From Callorhinchus milii (taxonomy: Eukaryota), in the NCBI RefSeq assembly GCF_018977255.1, contig NW_024704783.1, positions 1-64,000 of the forward strand: a stretch of 64,000 nt of DNA, written 5' to 3'. The number at the start of each line of letters is the position of its first letter. Positions within the stretch are counted from its first letter, which is position 1. Under the pieces are notes generated by a model. The model saw nothing but the letters and a program-made list of their open reading frames with translations. It was not told the DNA's origin and did no database searches. The translations under genes and the position numbers were made by a program. This document shows, piece after piece, positions 50,191-63,600 of this stretch.

Positions 50191-51734
50191 ATAGGACTCC
50201 ACAAGGCAGCAGAAGGATAATGGCGGGGATATAACCTACACTGGCAGATTCCAAACTGGCGCCAAGAAGTGACGTCACTCTCCTTACCCGGCCCGGACGG
50301 TTTCCAAAATGGAGCCCCCAACTCACGAAAAAAAGGGCCCAAGTGATTACACTGCAATATCTCTTACTTTTTCAAAAACATTCAAACAAACAAACTGCAT
50401 TTATTTATCTTCCTTCACGGAGGATCATGACGTGGAACTTCTACTCAATGTCGTTTTATAAATGACGGATCCATTATTCATTTTCATGTGTTTGTGTCAA
50501 TAAGTACTTTCCACTGAATACCGTGAAGTTAATTGTAACGGACCACCATGTTCTTGGTAATAATAAAAATAATAATTCTGGCATTTGATATTGCGATCTT
50601 CACGTCTTCCAGACGCCTGAAAGCGCTTTTTTTAGTCAAAATCCTTATCCACCTTGACGGTTGATGAACTCGGTATCCCTGGAGCTGATCTGGAGCTTGG
50701 CATCGAATATCGGAATCCAGCCATTTCTGTTTGATGCTCACTATGGTGGAAACTGGGATTTCTGCCTGTCCAGGGCTGCGTGTGTGTGTGTGACCGTGTG
50801 TGTGTCTGCGTGACTGTAGGTGTGTGTTTATGTGTCCGTGTGCGTTTGTGTACCTGTGTGCTTGTGTCTGTCTGTGTTTGTGTGTCTCTCTGTGTGTGTG
50901 TCTATATATGTGTCTGAATATCTATCCCCCGAGCAACAGGAACCTTTACGCAGACAAGTTACAGTGAATATTGTAAAAACACAGTCATTGCACTATCCTG
51001 TGAAGCGCGTTGAGATGTATCGAAGACGTGATAACGCGCTGGGTGAAATAAAGGGATGATTGTTATTATAGTAAATAGGGGTTTAAAGCCAAAAACAATG
51101 TTTTTGCCCCGTTAAGAGGGGGACCACCTCGCTTTTCATCCCAAATAAGGTGCACATATTCAAACACTGCTCCAGCCCGGACCCCATGCCGACCGTTTCC
51201 AGCAAAGCCTCCAGCGTCTAACTGAGTGTGTGTGTGAGAGAGAGAGAGAGAGAAAGAGCGTGTAAGTGTGAGAGGGACGGAGAGAGTTAATGCAAAACAC
51301 GTTTTATATATTTGGGATCAATGCAGAATTGGGAATATTTTGCACTGATGCACTTTAAACCTCGGTCATCTGGAGAGTTTTAAACCGTTTACAGTCTTTG
51401 CCCGCGGGTTTGGGGATAAAATCAAAACCCAAAGTTGCTGCAAAATAATACAGTTAATATTAATGCAAACATCGGAGTTTAGTAAACTATTCCACTTAAG
51501 CCCCCGGGATCTGCGGACTTCTAAAACTGTTTCCCATGGTGTACCCAGAGAGCCGGTTCATTTTTGTTCAAAGTCAATGCAAAACCCCATGTATATGATT
51601 GGGAATAATGCTGTTTTGGAAGGCCTATGAAGTGGTTTGAGACTCTGGCATACGTGATGAGGAGCTCTGTGCAATGTAAGGATTATTATTGTCGATATAA
51701 TGAGCTGAAAGTTCCAGCCTGATTCTTTTTTTGA

Positions 51735-52172
51735 ATCGAATTCAAGATCCTCACCCTCACCTACAAGGCCATTCACGGCCTTGCTCCCTCCTACCACTCC
51801 GACCTACTATCCCCCTACCTACCCGCACGTACCCTCCGTTCCTCTGGCTCCGGTCTGCTCCACATCCCCCGCCCCAACCGCCCTACTATCTGTGGCCGGG
51901 CCTTCAGCCTCTCAGCCCATATGCTCTGGAACTCTATCCCCCAGTGCCTTCGCCTTGCTTCCTCCCTTTCCTCCTTCAAGGCCGGTCTCAAAACCTTTCT
52001 GTTTGACCGTTCCTTCAGCTCCCTTCTCGACTCTCTACCCCCTCCTCGCTCCCTACCCTCACACTGACCATTTCCCCCCTGCTCGGGTCCTGACCCAGCT
52101 GTACAGCGCCTTGGGATGTCCTCCCGACTTGAAAGGCGCTCAATAAATGGAATCTTGTTGTTGTTGTTGTTT
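51735..52172 (+). mobile_element. L2 LINE 3' end just downstream of the TRIM gene
   Basis: RIEFKILTLTYKAIHGLAP...; terminal stem-loop and (TTG)n. Confidence 0.88.
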
Positions 52173-52407
52173 TTTTGGTGTGAAACGTGACTTAATGTAG
52201 ACCTTCCACAGTGCAAATCGGCTCCGCGTTCGCTCAGAAGCACAACAGTAGCTTTCCAGGCAATGCTGAGAAAAAATTGAGCCATGAGCCCAGTGTGAAA
52301 GGTGTAACATAAACTAGAATCTTTATTGAATAATTACACAGATTATAAAAGGTTCCAGACTGGAGGCCATCACAGCGAAACACAGTTCATGGCTGAGGGT
52401 TACCTCC

Positions 52408-55400
52408 TCAATAATCTATCAGCCGGCAAATCCTCAGAGGCTCAGAGTTTTTGCCGCCGTCATTATTGCAGGGATTGAAGTAAGCATATAGTTTCTCAGT
52501 GAAAGCCTGCGTGAAAGTGTGGAGATGAGACATATTATCAGCGTTGTAAAATGTTACTTGTCCCCCCTCGTAATCCAGATACACACCCAGCTTCCTGGGT
52601 CTCTCTCTCAGGGTAAGGCGGGTGGGAGGTGAGGTCAGAGCTTTATAATCATCCCCGTTTCTCAGCCACACAACCCAGTATCCGTTTTCTGGTCTCACTG
52701 TGGTGTCTCCTTTCCTGTTGACAGACTCTCTGGCCAATCCCACAGCCCATTTTATCTTGTTGGCGACCTGCACCTCCCAGTAATGTTTCCCTGATGTGAA
52801 TCACTCAGACGCCAGGACAATGGGATAGTAACTAAATCTCTTCGGGGAATCAGGGAGCAGCTATTCTTTGTCTCCGTCTCTCACACTGGTCAGCTCCTCA
52901 GACAGGATGAGTCGAGGATTCGCTGTGTCAGGATCCAGAGTCAAAGAGGCAGGAGCTGGCAGCGAGAGAAACAACACAATGCGATGTGAGGGAATGTCTG
53001 GGAGTTCACAACGTGTGTGAGCACATCTAACGCTGTGAACGCAACTCAGCTCAAAGGGTCACACACTATGTGAGGATATATGTGCGAGGTGTGCGGTTGT
53101 GAGCGGCGTTTGTGTGAGTGTACTGTGAGAGGTGTGTGTATAAGAGTTGAGGGTGAGGGTTGTGTGTATGTGGTGTGCGCATGAGGTTTGCGTGCAAGGT
53201 ATGTGTTAGCTGTGTGTGAGGAGCGTGTGATGAACGGTGCCTGCGAGGATTGTGGTTGAGAGTCTGCATGAGCATTTATGTGTGACAGTGTTTATGATGT
53301 GCGTGTTCGCGAGGGCTGTGTGTGTGTGATCTGTGATCGGGGGTAAATGTGTGAGTGAGGTCTCTGTGTGAATGGTACGTGACAGGTGTATGCGCGAACG
53401 AGGTCATCGTGGTGGTTGCGTATGAATTGGGTATATGGGCGTGTGTATTTGAGATGAGTGTGAGAGGGATGTGTTTAAGAGATGTGTATGTTTCTGCGGT
53501 GTGTTTATGAGAGATGGGTGTGTGAAGGTTGTGTTTGTGAGGTGTCTGCGTGTTAGGCTTGTGTGTGATGTTGTAAGAAGGTATGTGTTTGACGGTTGTT
53601 TGTGAGATTCCGTGCAAAGGGTGTTTTTGATTGTATGGGAGCCGCGTGTGTGAGGAATTTTTGCAAGTGGTGTGTCTGGGGGTTAATATGAGTGTGTCTA
53701 TGAGGAGTGTGTGTGCGAGCAACGTGGGTTAGAATTTTTGTGACAGTGTGTGTGAGGATTTTGTGTGACTCTGAGGGTTTGTGTGCGTAGTGTGTGTGAG
53801 ACACTTCGTGTGACGGTGTGCTTGAGTTGTGTGCATGAGATTATGTTTGAGTTGTGTGTGATTCATGTGTGTGGGGAATGTGTAGGAGGTTTGTTTGTGA
53901 GGGATATGTGTGTGATATGTGTGAGGTGCATATGATGGCTGTGTACTTGAGTGGTGTGTGTTTCAGGGCTCTGTATGTGAGGGAATGTGTATTTGCGAGT
54001 CAAGGCATTGTGTGTCATTGCTGTATGTGTAAGAGTTGTGTGGTGTGTGTTTGTGTGAATTGTGCGTGCAAGAGGGGTGTTTGATAGAATTGTGTGCGGG
54101 AGGGATGTGTGTGTAAGTTGTGCGTGCGGCGAATGTGTTTGAGGTGGTTGTGGGGTTTGTGTGAGGTATGAGAATGAGAGACATTTACCTGGGCTGATGT
54201 TTTCTCTCATATGTCTCCAGACTGTGTTCTTCAAAGGCCATTTGTACATGGCCACAGGCAACTCAGCCTCACACACTGACAGATAAAACCCCTCGTCACT
54301 GATCCTGAATTAGGAGACGATCACATTATAAAGTGAAACGACACCTCGTGATTTGTTTCAGGGTTCAATTCTGGAATATTTGTTAAAGATTATTTCATAC
54401 CTTCTGCTGCGAGCATCTTCCGCCTATGATGAAATCAAACACAGACAGATGTCAGTTCACATTGCGACACGGCATTGTAAACTCAGTCAAACACAATTTA
54501 ATGTCATTATTACAGGAACTTTATTCACTATACGTTGGCTCCAAAGGGCATAACGTCCAGTTGCAAAGCATCAAGAAATTCGGAGCTGGATCAGCTCCAA
54601 GAAAACCCCATTTAACTCCTCCTTCAATGTGCGGTAGAGGAGCTGGTGTGGTACGTAGTGCCTCCTCAGAGCTGAACTCGCCCCAAGGTTACTTGCCTCC
54701 CAAAGGATTGTTGGAATCGAATTGGATGAACTTAATCACGGTGATGGGTTTCCACATGTATTGTACAATCGGCTGACCAAATCAATCATTGGACCCATAG
54801 TGGGACCTGCTTACAAGCACACAGCTAAATATACGAAATAATCCATCGCTGAACTTTGTAACAGTCAGATTATGATTGTCTGCTAAAGACTGTGTACATG
54901 TTACTGAACAATATTATAATTTAATCTGTTTACCTGCAGGAACGTGAGAGCGTTTTTTTCCAACTGGGTGTGTAACTCTGCGATTTCTAGCTGAACAGAA
55001 TCTAACTTGTTCTGAATCTCTCGCAGATTTGTGTTCATCCGGTTCAAAATCTCCTCCTCTCGCTGTCTGAGATCTCGCATCACTCGCTGTTCTCTGTCGG
55101 TCAGGCTCTGGTGCATTTTATTGAATTCAGCCGTGACGTGGGTCTGCAGACTGTTCACTTGTTCCTGAAAAATGTCAGACATCACACCTTGTTCACAAAA
55201 TAAAGTGAGACATTAAGACCCCATAATGTGAACACACGGTAAAGAGAGACACACTGAGATACCACACCGTGCATACAGAGTAAACAGAGACACCGTGATA
55301 TCACACCTGTACACACAATAAAGAGAGACAGACAGAAGCATCAGTGTACACACAAGAAACAGAGACGCAATGAGAGAACAGATATCAGCCCTGACACAAC

Positions 55401-55994
55401 TTACCTTAACTTGTGAAATCTTCTCTCTCTGTTCGGCTTCAGCTTGTAGAGCAGTTTCCTTCCTCTGCGTGAGAGATGCTAAGGAGTCATGCACTTGTTC
55501 CTGGCATAAACAAGTACAATATGAACACTCGAACATGAATAAATAAGTGAACAAGAAAGAATCCGCCGTGAGGGTATTGTTACCTTGTAGATTTCAGCAG
55601 CTTCGTCAATGGGCAGGAAGCTGTGACCTCTGTGCTCTCGCGCATCTCTGCAAATTAAACACAGCAATTCCTTGTCAGTTTCACAGAACAGCTTCAGTTC
55701 CACACGGTGTTTCTCACAGTCACATTTAATGTCCGTCTGTATCGAGACCAGGTTGAATTCACGAGCTTTCTCCACCATTTTAACAAGGGCCCAATTAACC
55801 TTCAGGTTCCTGTTGGTAATAATCTGCCGGCATTCCGGACATGAATATGTCTCGTGCTTTGCCCAGCTCCGGGTGATACAGAAGCAACAGTAATTGTGGC
55901 CACATTCCAGGCTAACAGGATCAGAAAAAAATTCTAGACAAATTGGACAGTTTAGCTCCTCGGTCAGGCAATGAAACTGATGTCGATAAGTCAT
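52408..55994 (-). pseudogene. TRIM (RING-Bbox2-coiled coil-PRY/SPRY) gene with nonsense codons in the B30.2 exon. Exons: 55584-55994, 55405-55500, 54934-55164, 54401-54423, 54189-54304, 52408-52955
   Basis: Canonical 411/96/231/23/116-nt exons with GT-AG boundaries. Intact RING (CPIC...CGH..C..C...CPEC) and B-box (CEKH...CLICRD..EHRGH). The last exon reads [16 protein letters not shown]...DKE* (TAG 52861-63) and ...LASE* (TGA 52801-03), then HYWEV...GVYLDYEGG. Confidence 0.88.
53000..54170. repeat. TG-rich low-complexity intron of the TRIM gene
   Basis: Degenerate (TG)n/gtgtga repeats. It produces the H/T-rich spurious ORFs in the track. Confidence 0.85.
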
Positions 55995-56934
55995 GTTCAC
56001 CCTCAGGTGATTCTGGTCCAAACTGATTCGTCTCAGTGTATCTGCGCCATGTGTATCCCACCTTGTGACAGAATTTACTTCACTCTGATCCACCCACCTA
56101 CAAGTTGGGAGCCAGGGTTTTGAATAATGCACGGGATTGGACGGAAAAAAGATTGATGTGGAAATAGAGCAAAGTTCATTGTAAAAACTGCCCCAATATG
56201 GGCAACGGGATAGGAGAAGATAAATAATCCAGGAAGTACGGAACCAGGAATAGACAGAGTTCAATTATCCAATCCCTTCCCTAAAATAGGAAAATCCCTA
56301 ATTAATCGGTAACTTCTGATTTATCTGAACTTTCAGAAGATCTCCCTTTTCCCACATTTGCAACACCTGAGCCATCCCCACTCCCTTCACGCACAATGGC
56401 CCTTCGCCTCATTGGCTCCCATGCCGTTCCCCATACAACGTCCAATTAACACCCAGTCTCCCCAAACAATGTCTCCTCGCCACACAATCTCTCCTCTCCA
56501 CATCATCGAACCTCCCAACACAATCGCCCCTTCTCACAATAAACCCCTTTCCCTAAAATATCCCCCACCCCAACAGTCACCACTGTCGCCCCCAATACAC
56601 ACGGATCCACACTGATATTTCAGTAAAATGATGATTTATGTTTTACAATCGCAGTTATAATCTTCAAATATCTCCGTTCATGCCATCCCCACCCATCCGA
56701 ACACCACTCTCTCTTACTCTACGTCTGCAACGCCACCCACTACCTCTCTCGTCTGTATATATCCCACGTCCCCGTTATCTCGCCATCTTTATTGGAAAAC
56801 TGTTAGCCAATTTGCTCCGGCGCTCCCGTATCCTTATCTTTAAACCCTTCGCTGTTATTCCTCCCTCCCGACGGTCACAAGCAGTTTGTCTTTGAATGTG
56901 CCTTTGCCAACAAGAGTGGGAGGAAAGCGCAATC

Positions 56935-57260
56935 GTGGAGGCCTACAACTCAGTGGTTAGAGCACTCGCTTTGCAAGCGAGAGACGTGAGGTCATTTCCA
57001 GGCAGGACCAAACCTTGGGAAAGTTTCCTTGCTCCACACAGAGCCTAATAATAATCCCTCCAAAAGCAAAAACAATAATAACAATTGGTCATTTTTAATC
57101 TGCGACTATTTGTGGGACATTGCTGTGCGCAATTGGCTGCCGCGTTCGCCCACAAATATACAGTCAACGCACTTTACAGTGAGTTCTGTGAAGCGCTTTG
57201 GGACATCCTCGCGACATGAAAAGCGCTATATCAAATGCAAGGATTATTTTATTATTATTG
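56935..57260 (+). mobile_element. Full-length tRNA-headed Deu SINE
   Basis: Head ctcagtggttagagcactcgctttgcaagcgagagac, Deu core, L2 tail and (TTA)n. Confidence 0.82.
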
Positions 57261-60200
57261 TCCTTGGTGCTGAACGTATCCCAGGTGACATGTTTGGCTT
57301 AAACCAAGCAGATCCAGAGCCCCTTCTTCTATTGCTGTCAAACATAAACCAGGACTGGGAAACACTGACAGAAGAGGTGATATAACTGAACACACCTTGT
57401 TTCGAGTAAGTCATTAGACATCACGGAAAAGTTTTGCAAGTTCCAAAAGCACCAGTTCTTATGAAACAATTATTAATTTGTATTGCTCTCCCTACCTTGT
57501 TATCGAAGAAACCTTTGACCGACACTCAAGAGTATTGCCAAATGGTAAAACATGCGATGCAAAAACACTACCTGATTCAGATTGTCCACTCTGGTGATCA
57601 GAGCCAATGGCCCAGAAGCAGCATCCACCCCTTTTGATCAATTTAGCCATTGTCACCTCCCACCTCCATTTTCCTGTCCCCTTCACGCCGGTTTCCTGAG
57701 CTCCATCATCCATCAGCTAAAATTTATACCGATCTTCCAGGCTGTGTTCTCGCACATTCCTGGCTCCGAAACCCCATTATCCCAATCATTGCCTTGTTCC
57801 ACTGGTCCGCTATTGCTGAAAGGATTCATTTTGCGATCCTCACACTCATTCGTTTGATGCTCTTTCAACTTGCTACCTCTCTGTCCCACTTGCGTGTTAC
57901 TGAAGCTTTCTGTAAACCGTCTGCCAATCCATTCCACCAATGGCGACGTGTTTCACGGCATTTTGCCATGAAATTCTTGAACTTCTCCTTCCTCAATCCC
58001 GCTGGCTGGCTCTTCGTTCTTGTCCATGTGATGGCCATATATATTGACCCTATGTTGACGTATGTTGAACTGTCTTCTCTCTGCGTCTCCGCCACTGTAG
58101 AGCTGTCAATCTGCATGAAATTCTCTATATCTATATCAGCCGTTGATAATATATTGATTTGAAATTTGTTTTCAGAATTTTTTCAATTGAATTGATTGAA
58201 ATCACACTTCGTCCTGGGGTGTGTATGAGTGTGTCATGGGAAGACACTTGATAAAGGAAAGGCTTGTTCTTAGGTGGGAACTTCTTGTTCCAAATGTCCC
58301 CCGCTTTTTGGGGTAATAATGCGGTCACACAGCTAGATTGGGGCAGGTATATACATATGCAAATGCATGTGCTGCTACATGCCAGCAGACTTTCCTACGC
58401 TCACCCTCTTGCACACATCCAAAAAAGAGTGGAATGGCTTGAAAGCCTGTAGTATCCTACAAGAGTTAACATTTTTTATCGCACCTCATGACATCTTTGA
58501 ATTTGAGGGTGATTGTTGGGCGTGAATTAGCATTAAATGGACAATTGACTGGTAACCAACGAGAGGAAATTTAAACTGACACTGGGAGCGGGACAAATTC
58601 TTTGTGATGTACAGAGAGACTTTACTGAGAGTTGGGAAAGACAAATGAAGTAGCTACAAATTCATGATTCACTTGGAGTGAATTCTATTTTACGGTAACC
58701 AACAGCTGGTTAGGGAGGCTGGTCAAGGCACTGCCGATTCCCAGCTTCCCGCGTCGAGCTCAAATTCTTTACTAACTGAACCCAAGGTCCCAGACGCCCT
58801 CTAAATCTCCCGCCTCCAATCGCCATCCCGCCACCCCCACACCCCCTCTCGCCCCTACACCGCCCCCTCCCCAGTTCGGTTTACAAGGCGTGGCTATCCA
58901 GTCATTCGTAAAAGGCCCTATATTCATGTAACAACATGTAGTTTGGTAGTGTAAACGGCAATGTTGCAAACATTGTAAGCGGGGTCTTCTCGTAGCTGGA
59001 CTGAACTCAAAGTGACACGCCTGGCAATGGGAAGGTCGGGATCGAGCCAGCCTTTGTAACGGTCGCCAGTCCGGTTCCTGCGCCAGGTGGGTCCACAATT
59101 TTCCAGGACACTGACTGCTGATGATACAGCACAGCCCAGGCTGTCTCATCGGCAGGACCTGGATGGGCCGACATGTCACTGAGAATTCTCCCTGCAAGCT
59201 AAAGCTCTACCAGGCAGGGTGGTGGTCGCGGCGCAAGCAGTGAAAAAGCTTGGAAAACAGGGATATTAATGACAATCTATGCGGGTTTAGATAGATAGAC
59301 TCCAGCGGCTACCCCATTTCAACTTCAAGGAGACCTCGCTTACAAGCTTACCATCATTGCCATTTAAAATTCAATGTAACAAATACATTTTATGAATATG
59401 GCGCCTATTTACTTCGGAAGGACATCACAAACAATCCGGGCGTCACCCAGCCTGAGCCTAATAGTCTCCGATATTAGGTAAGCGTAACTCGTCCCTTCAG
59501 AGAGAAAGAGAGAGAGAGAGAGAGATACATATTACGATGCACAAGTTTGCAGAAACAGTCGGGAAGTCAAAGATTGATCTAATCTAGTGGACAGCTGGCG
59601 ATGAATATATATAGATTTTAGCGTGTATACTGCGAGGCGATTTTTTAGGCGTCTCGAATACGCGATAAGGCGCTTTATCGAATGTCAAGTTTAATATCAT
59701 TTTTTGTATTTATTTCACTCCTTTCCGGCACGAAACATTATTTCCTTGTTTGCTTGTGGTTGGAAAATAAGCACGTGTTCCCTCTGAGAGACACAAAAGT
59801 CATAATTTGTGAAATAGGTCAAGTCAGAACTAACATCTGTGCAGGGATGAATCCTTTCCTTTTCTCTTTGGAGGTTTTTGTACAGTGGTGCTATCGGAAA
59901 TGAGTCGTCTCGAAGCAGTGATTGGGTTCCGTAACAAAGGCAAGAATTTTTGTTGCAATGTCTGAAAAGTATCACACCACTTGACAATATATACTGTCAT
60001 AAAATGATAATAATCCTTGCATTTGATACAGTCTTATCGCGTCTTCCAGATGCCCGAAAGCGCTTCACCGCATACAGTGTAACATGATTTGGCTGTATGG
60101 TTGTTGGGCGAAAGTGGGGATTGTACCTTGTATGCATTCTTATTCCCTTTTCTTCTGTAGAATCAAATAAAGACTGTTCCTAATGGTTTTATATCATTGC

Positions 60201-60399
60201 GTTTGCAGACAACAGTAAGTCAATGGAAATTCAAAGTATCATGGAATCATGCTGCGCAGAAGAAGGCCATTCCCCAACGTGTCTCTTTGAAAAGTGCTAT
60301 CCAATTCAATCCCATTCCCCCGCTTTCTCCACATTGCCCTGCAAACGTGTCCTCCCCAAATAATTATCGATATCTGCCTTAAAGTTTGTTGTCGAATCA

Positions 60400-60900
60400 G
60401 CTTCCACCAAACTCTCAGGTAATGCATTGCAGATCACAACAACTCGCTTTGTGAAAAAAACTTCGCTTCACCTCCTCGCTGTTTCATTTAGCATCTGTTT
60501 GAAATCGGAGTCCTCGGTTTACCGACCCATCCATCAGTGGATTTAGTTTCCAATTGTTCACTCTATTGGACCCCCACGGTATTTTCAAAACTTCTATTCA
60601 GTCTCCATTTAACCGTCTCTGCTCCAATAAGAATAACCCTATTTTCTCAAGCCTCTTCTGGTAACTGAAGTCCCTCATTCCTTTTATCATTCTAATAAAT
60701 TTCCTTTGCATCCATCCTAATGTATGGGTCACAGAACTGAACACATTCTCCAGCTGAGGCCTAACCAGTATTGTATAAAGTTTCGCTACAACTTCCTGAT
60801 TTTCGTATTCTATGCTACTATTTAAAAAGTGTAGTATCCCGTATGCATTTTTAACAGCTTTGTCGACCGGTCCTGTCATCTTCAAGTATCTACTTATATG
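60400..60900 (-). mobile_element. CR1 LINE RT C-terminal fragment
   Basis: AYGILHFLNSSIEY.NQEVVAKLYTILVRPQLE...QRKFIRMIKGMRDFSYQKRLEKIGLF.LEQRRL.GD is a typical CR1 end. Confidence 0.85.
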
Positions 60901-61082
60901 TGGTCGACTGTTACAGCTAACTGACTGTTTATCTTATTCTCCGACGATTCACTTAAGATCTTCAGCCGTCAGACTGACTTCTGGTGAATGTGGTTTCCCC
61001 TGAACTTTGATGCACACAAAGTCTGACTCTGAGCACACACAGTAATAATCAGATGGATAGATCAATCTCAAACAGCCTGGGC

Positions 61083-62043
61083 AGTTATTGTACGAGGCTG
61101 TGTCTGATTCCCATCAATGTGCGGATAAAGAGAGAGACAGCACAGCGATACATATTTCGTCATTCACCAGCAGCTCAGGGAAGGATAATCTGGTGACAGA
61201 TTGGGATGTGTCAAACTGAGAAGTGAATCGATTTCCAATTCAATTCCTTTTCTTTCCTCATCAAAATCTCAATATCTTCGCAATATGAACTCCAGCTGTT
61301 TGTCTGGGTGATGTCGGAACCAGAAGATATGGTAATAGCTCGCAGCAGTGGAGGAAGCAGATTCAGATATCACAGTTGCTCCTCCTTTCGTAAGCATCGT
61401 GGCATCTTTCTGACTGACAGAATACAGACCACTGAGTTCTGTAATTAACATGGTAGAACACGTCAATATATTATTCACTATTTCCCCGAATTATTTCAAA
61501 CCAAATTGGAACACTGTACTCCCGATGTGAAACGCGCTATTCACATTTGTGAACAGTGAAATTATAATAAGAATAAATGCCTTTTCTACAAAATATTATC
61601 AAGTTTTTTAGTCGCCTCCAAGCGCTACTCAGAATATACTATGAAGTGAATTGATACTTATTTTCGTGGGTCAAACGCGGCAACCAATTGCAAACAACAA
61701 CGTCGCACAAACTGTCGTCCATTGAGTGAACAAATTAATATTTGGATCGGATTATTACCACCGGGTTCAACCAGCGGTTGTACAGGAACCTAGTTCCTAC
61801 TTACATCGTGGACAATATGCAAGTGTTTGTGAAGTGAGGTAACTTGCCCAACATTTTGTTCGGCCTGGGAATCGAAACCAGGCCCTTTCGCTTGTGAGAT
61901 GATGGCTCTGTTCAATAATGTACAGGAAACCACGAAATGTTGTTGAAATGGAGCTGACAGTCAGCAGCAACTCTGAATTAGCTCAACACGGCCTCACCTG
62001 TCATAAGGGTTCCCAGCACAAGACAGACAGCAAATAGCCTCAT
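61083..62043 (-). pseudogene. TCR alpha/delta-type V pseudogene: leader 61998-62043, V exon 61122-61438, 23-RSS 61083-61121
   Basis: Leader MRLFAVCLVLGTLMT|gtgagg; acceptor aattacag. Reads SVSQ...YYHIFWFRHHPDKQLEFILRRY* then, frameshifted, GNRFTSQFDTSQSVTRLSFPELLVND..MYRCAVS. The first Cys is lost. RSS cacattg-23-acaataact. Confidence 0.8.
61560..61930 (-). mobile_element. SINE in the leader intron of the TCR V pseudogene
   Basis: tRNA-like head at ~61870-61925 and Deu core aattggttgccgcgtttgaccc. Confidence 0.7.
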
Positions 62044-63370
62044 TGTTGCTCTTCAGTCTGTGTGGTTGTGTCCGCGACATCAGTTTGCTGATAACCCGCA
62101 GTGATTGTCGGCATTGGCGGAGCCACAGTCTCACGTCACCTCATTGACATCTCAGCCACGTTTCAAAAACAACAACCAATTGCTGTTAAACAGCGCCTTT
62201 CACCAGTCACTGGGGGCAGTGAATCCTCCCACTCTGGTGCTGTTCACAATGCAAACATTGCACCAACTGGTAGGACGATGATAGCTTGACAAAGATTGGG
62301 AAAGCTTCCACGATACCACTATAAATGGCAAGCTATGTGCTTTTAGCTGCTTAGTCACAAGCAGATTCCCCATCGCACAATCTGATATCGTCCCTCACAC
62401 AAGCCATGGCTGAAGCCAATCCTTGCCTTATAGTCTCCGGAATTGGATAAACAGGATGCCACCCTCCAGAGAAATAGTTTCCATACCTATCCAACAACTG
62501 ATCTCTCAGATTTCAATGTGAAGGTGGGAGACATTGAAATGTCAGCTCGATTTGTAGTCTCTGAGAAACGACGAATGTTTACACATTTGCTGGGCTCGAA
62601 AGATATGATAGGGAACGTGATAGAACAGTGTTTATAGCATTACAGTTATATTACGGGGATGACTTGGAAATGTGTTTCACAAACATTATTCATATAAAGT
62701 ACCAACGTCACCAAAAATGTTTGAGAATCTATGATTTATAGCAGCCATTGCTGTTGGTTATCGCGGAAAGAAAAGACTACTTAGAAATTTCTTTCAAATA
62801 GTGCCTTGCTATCTTTATCGCACAACTAATCAGACAGACCATATATCAGTCTAATAATAATATTAATAGCAATAATGCTTGCTACTGATAAAGTATCTCA
62901 TCATATCTTTGAGACCACTCAGAGCTTCACAGAGTATACTGTAAAGTGAATTGGCTGCATAATCCGTGGGTTAAACGCGGCAGGCAATTGTCCACAGCAC
63001 TTTCACACACAGTCGCGGATTAAGTTCCGAAATTGTTATTCTTGTTTTATTTGGAAAGAATTATAACGCCCGGATAAAGGATCCATCTCTTGCGAAATAC
63101 GGATTTGTTTTTCCTTCCAAATTCTCTCGAATTCAAATATTACGGACTTTGCACTTTCATGTTGATTAAGGATTCAATTTATAAAGTCGCTAATTTAGTT
63201 TGCATGAACTTTTAACATCTTAGTTAATTGGAAAGTAATAGTAGATTGTTACCCTCTATTGGACAATAAACCACAGTTCAGCTGTGCCGTCATATTCGAC
63301 GCCAAACTCGAAATAAAGCAATGATTGTAATAATACTGTGTTGTGGTTCCCAGTGTCTTATATCACCTTA

Positions 63371-63600
63371 GACTCAGTGTACAGTGACACACCCCGCTGT
63401 CAGTCATTGTGTCGCCACAGATACTGAAGCCCCGCCTGCCACACGCTAAATCCTCGCCTCACTATTATGGTGAACTGTTCTGAGCCGCTAAAGGGCAATT
63501 TGTCAGTTTAATAGTTACATTGCAATACTGAATGAAGCCAGTATTGCCACTGGCAAGTGGACGTTATTGTATTTGCCTACTGTTTCCCTTGCAGTAAGTA
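63371..63600 (-). pseudogene. Possible second, highly decayed TCR-type V remnant
   Basis: Minus strand reads FSICGDTMTDSGVCHCTLS, resembling ...SISGVT.TDSAVYYCAL. No clean RSS. Confidence 0.3.

Noticed and set aside
53066-54184. H/T-rich ORFs
   Set aside because: Artefacts of the TG-rich TRIM intron.
55995-56264. N-terminal extension of the TRIM ORF
   Set aside because: No domain similarity, and it contains a splice acceptor near 56100. It is more likely intron plus 5'UTR.
57400-58200. L1/Tx1- or RTE-like RT remnant
   Set aside because: Only one vague motif (PLALITRVDNLNQVVFLHRMFY) amid many stops, too weak to call.
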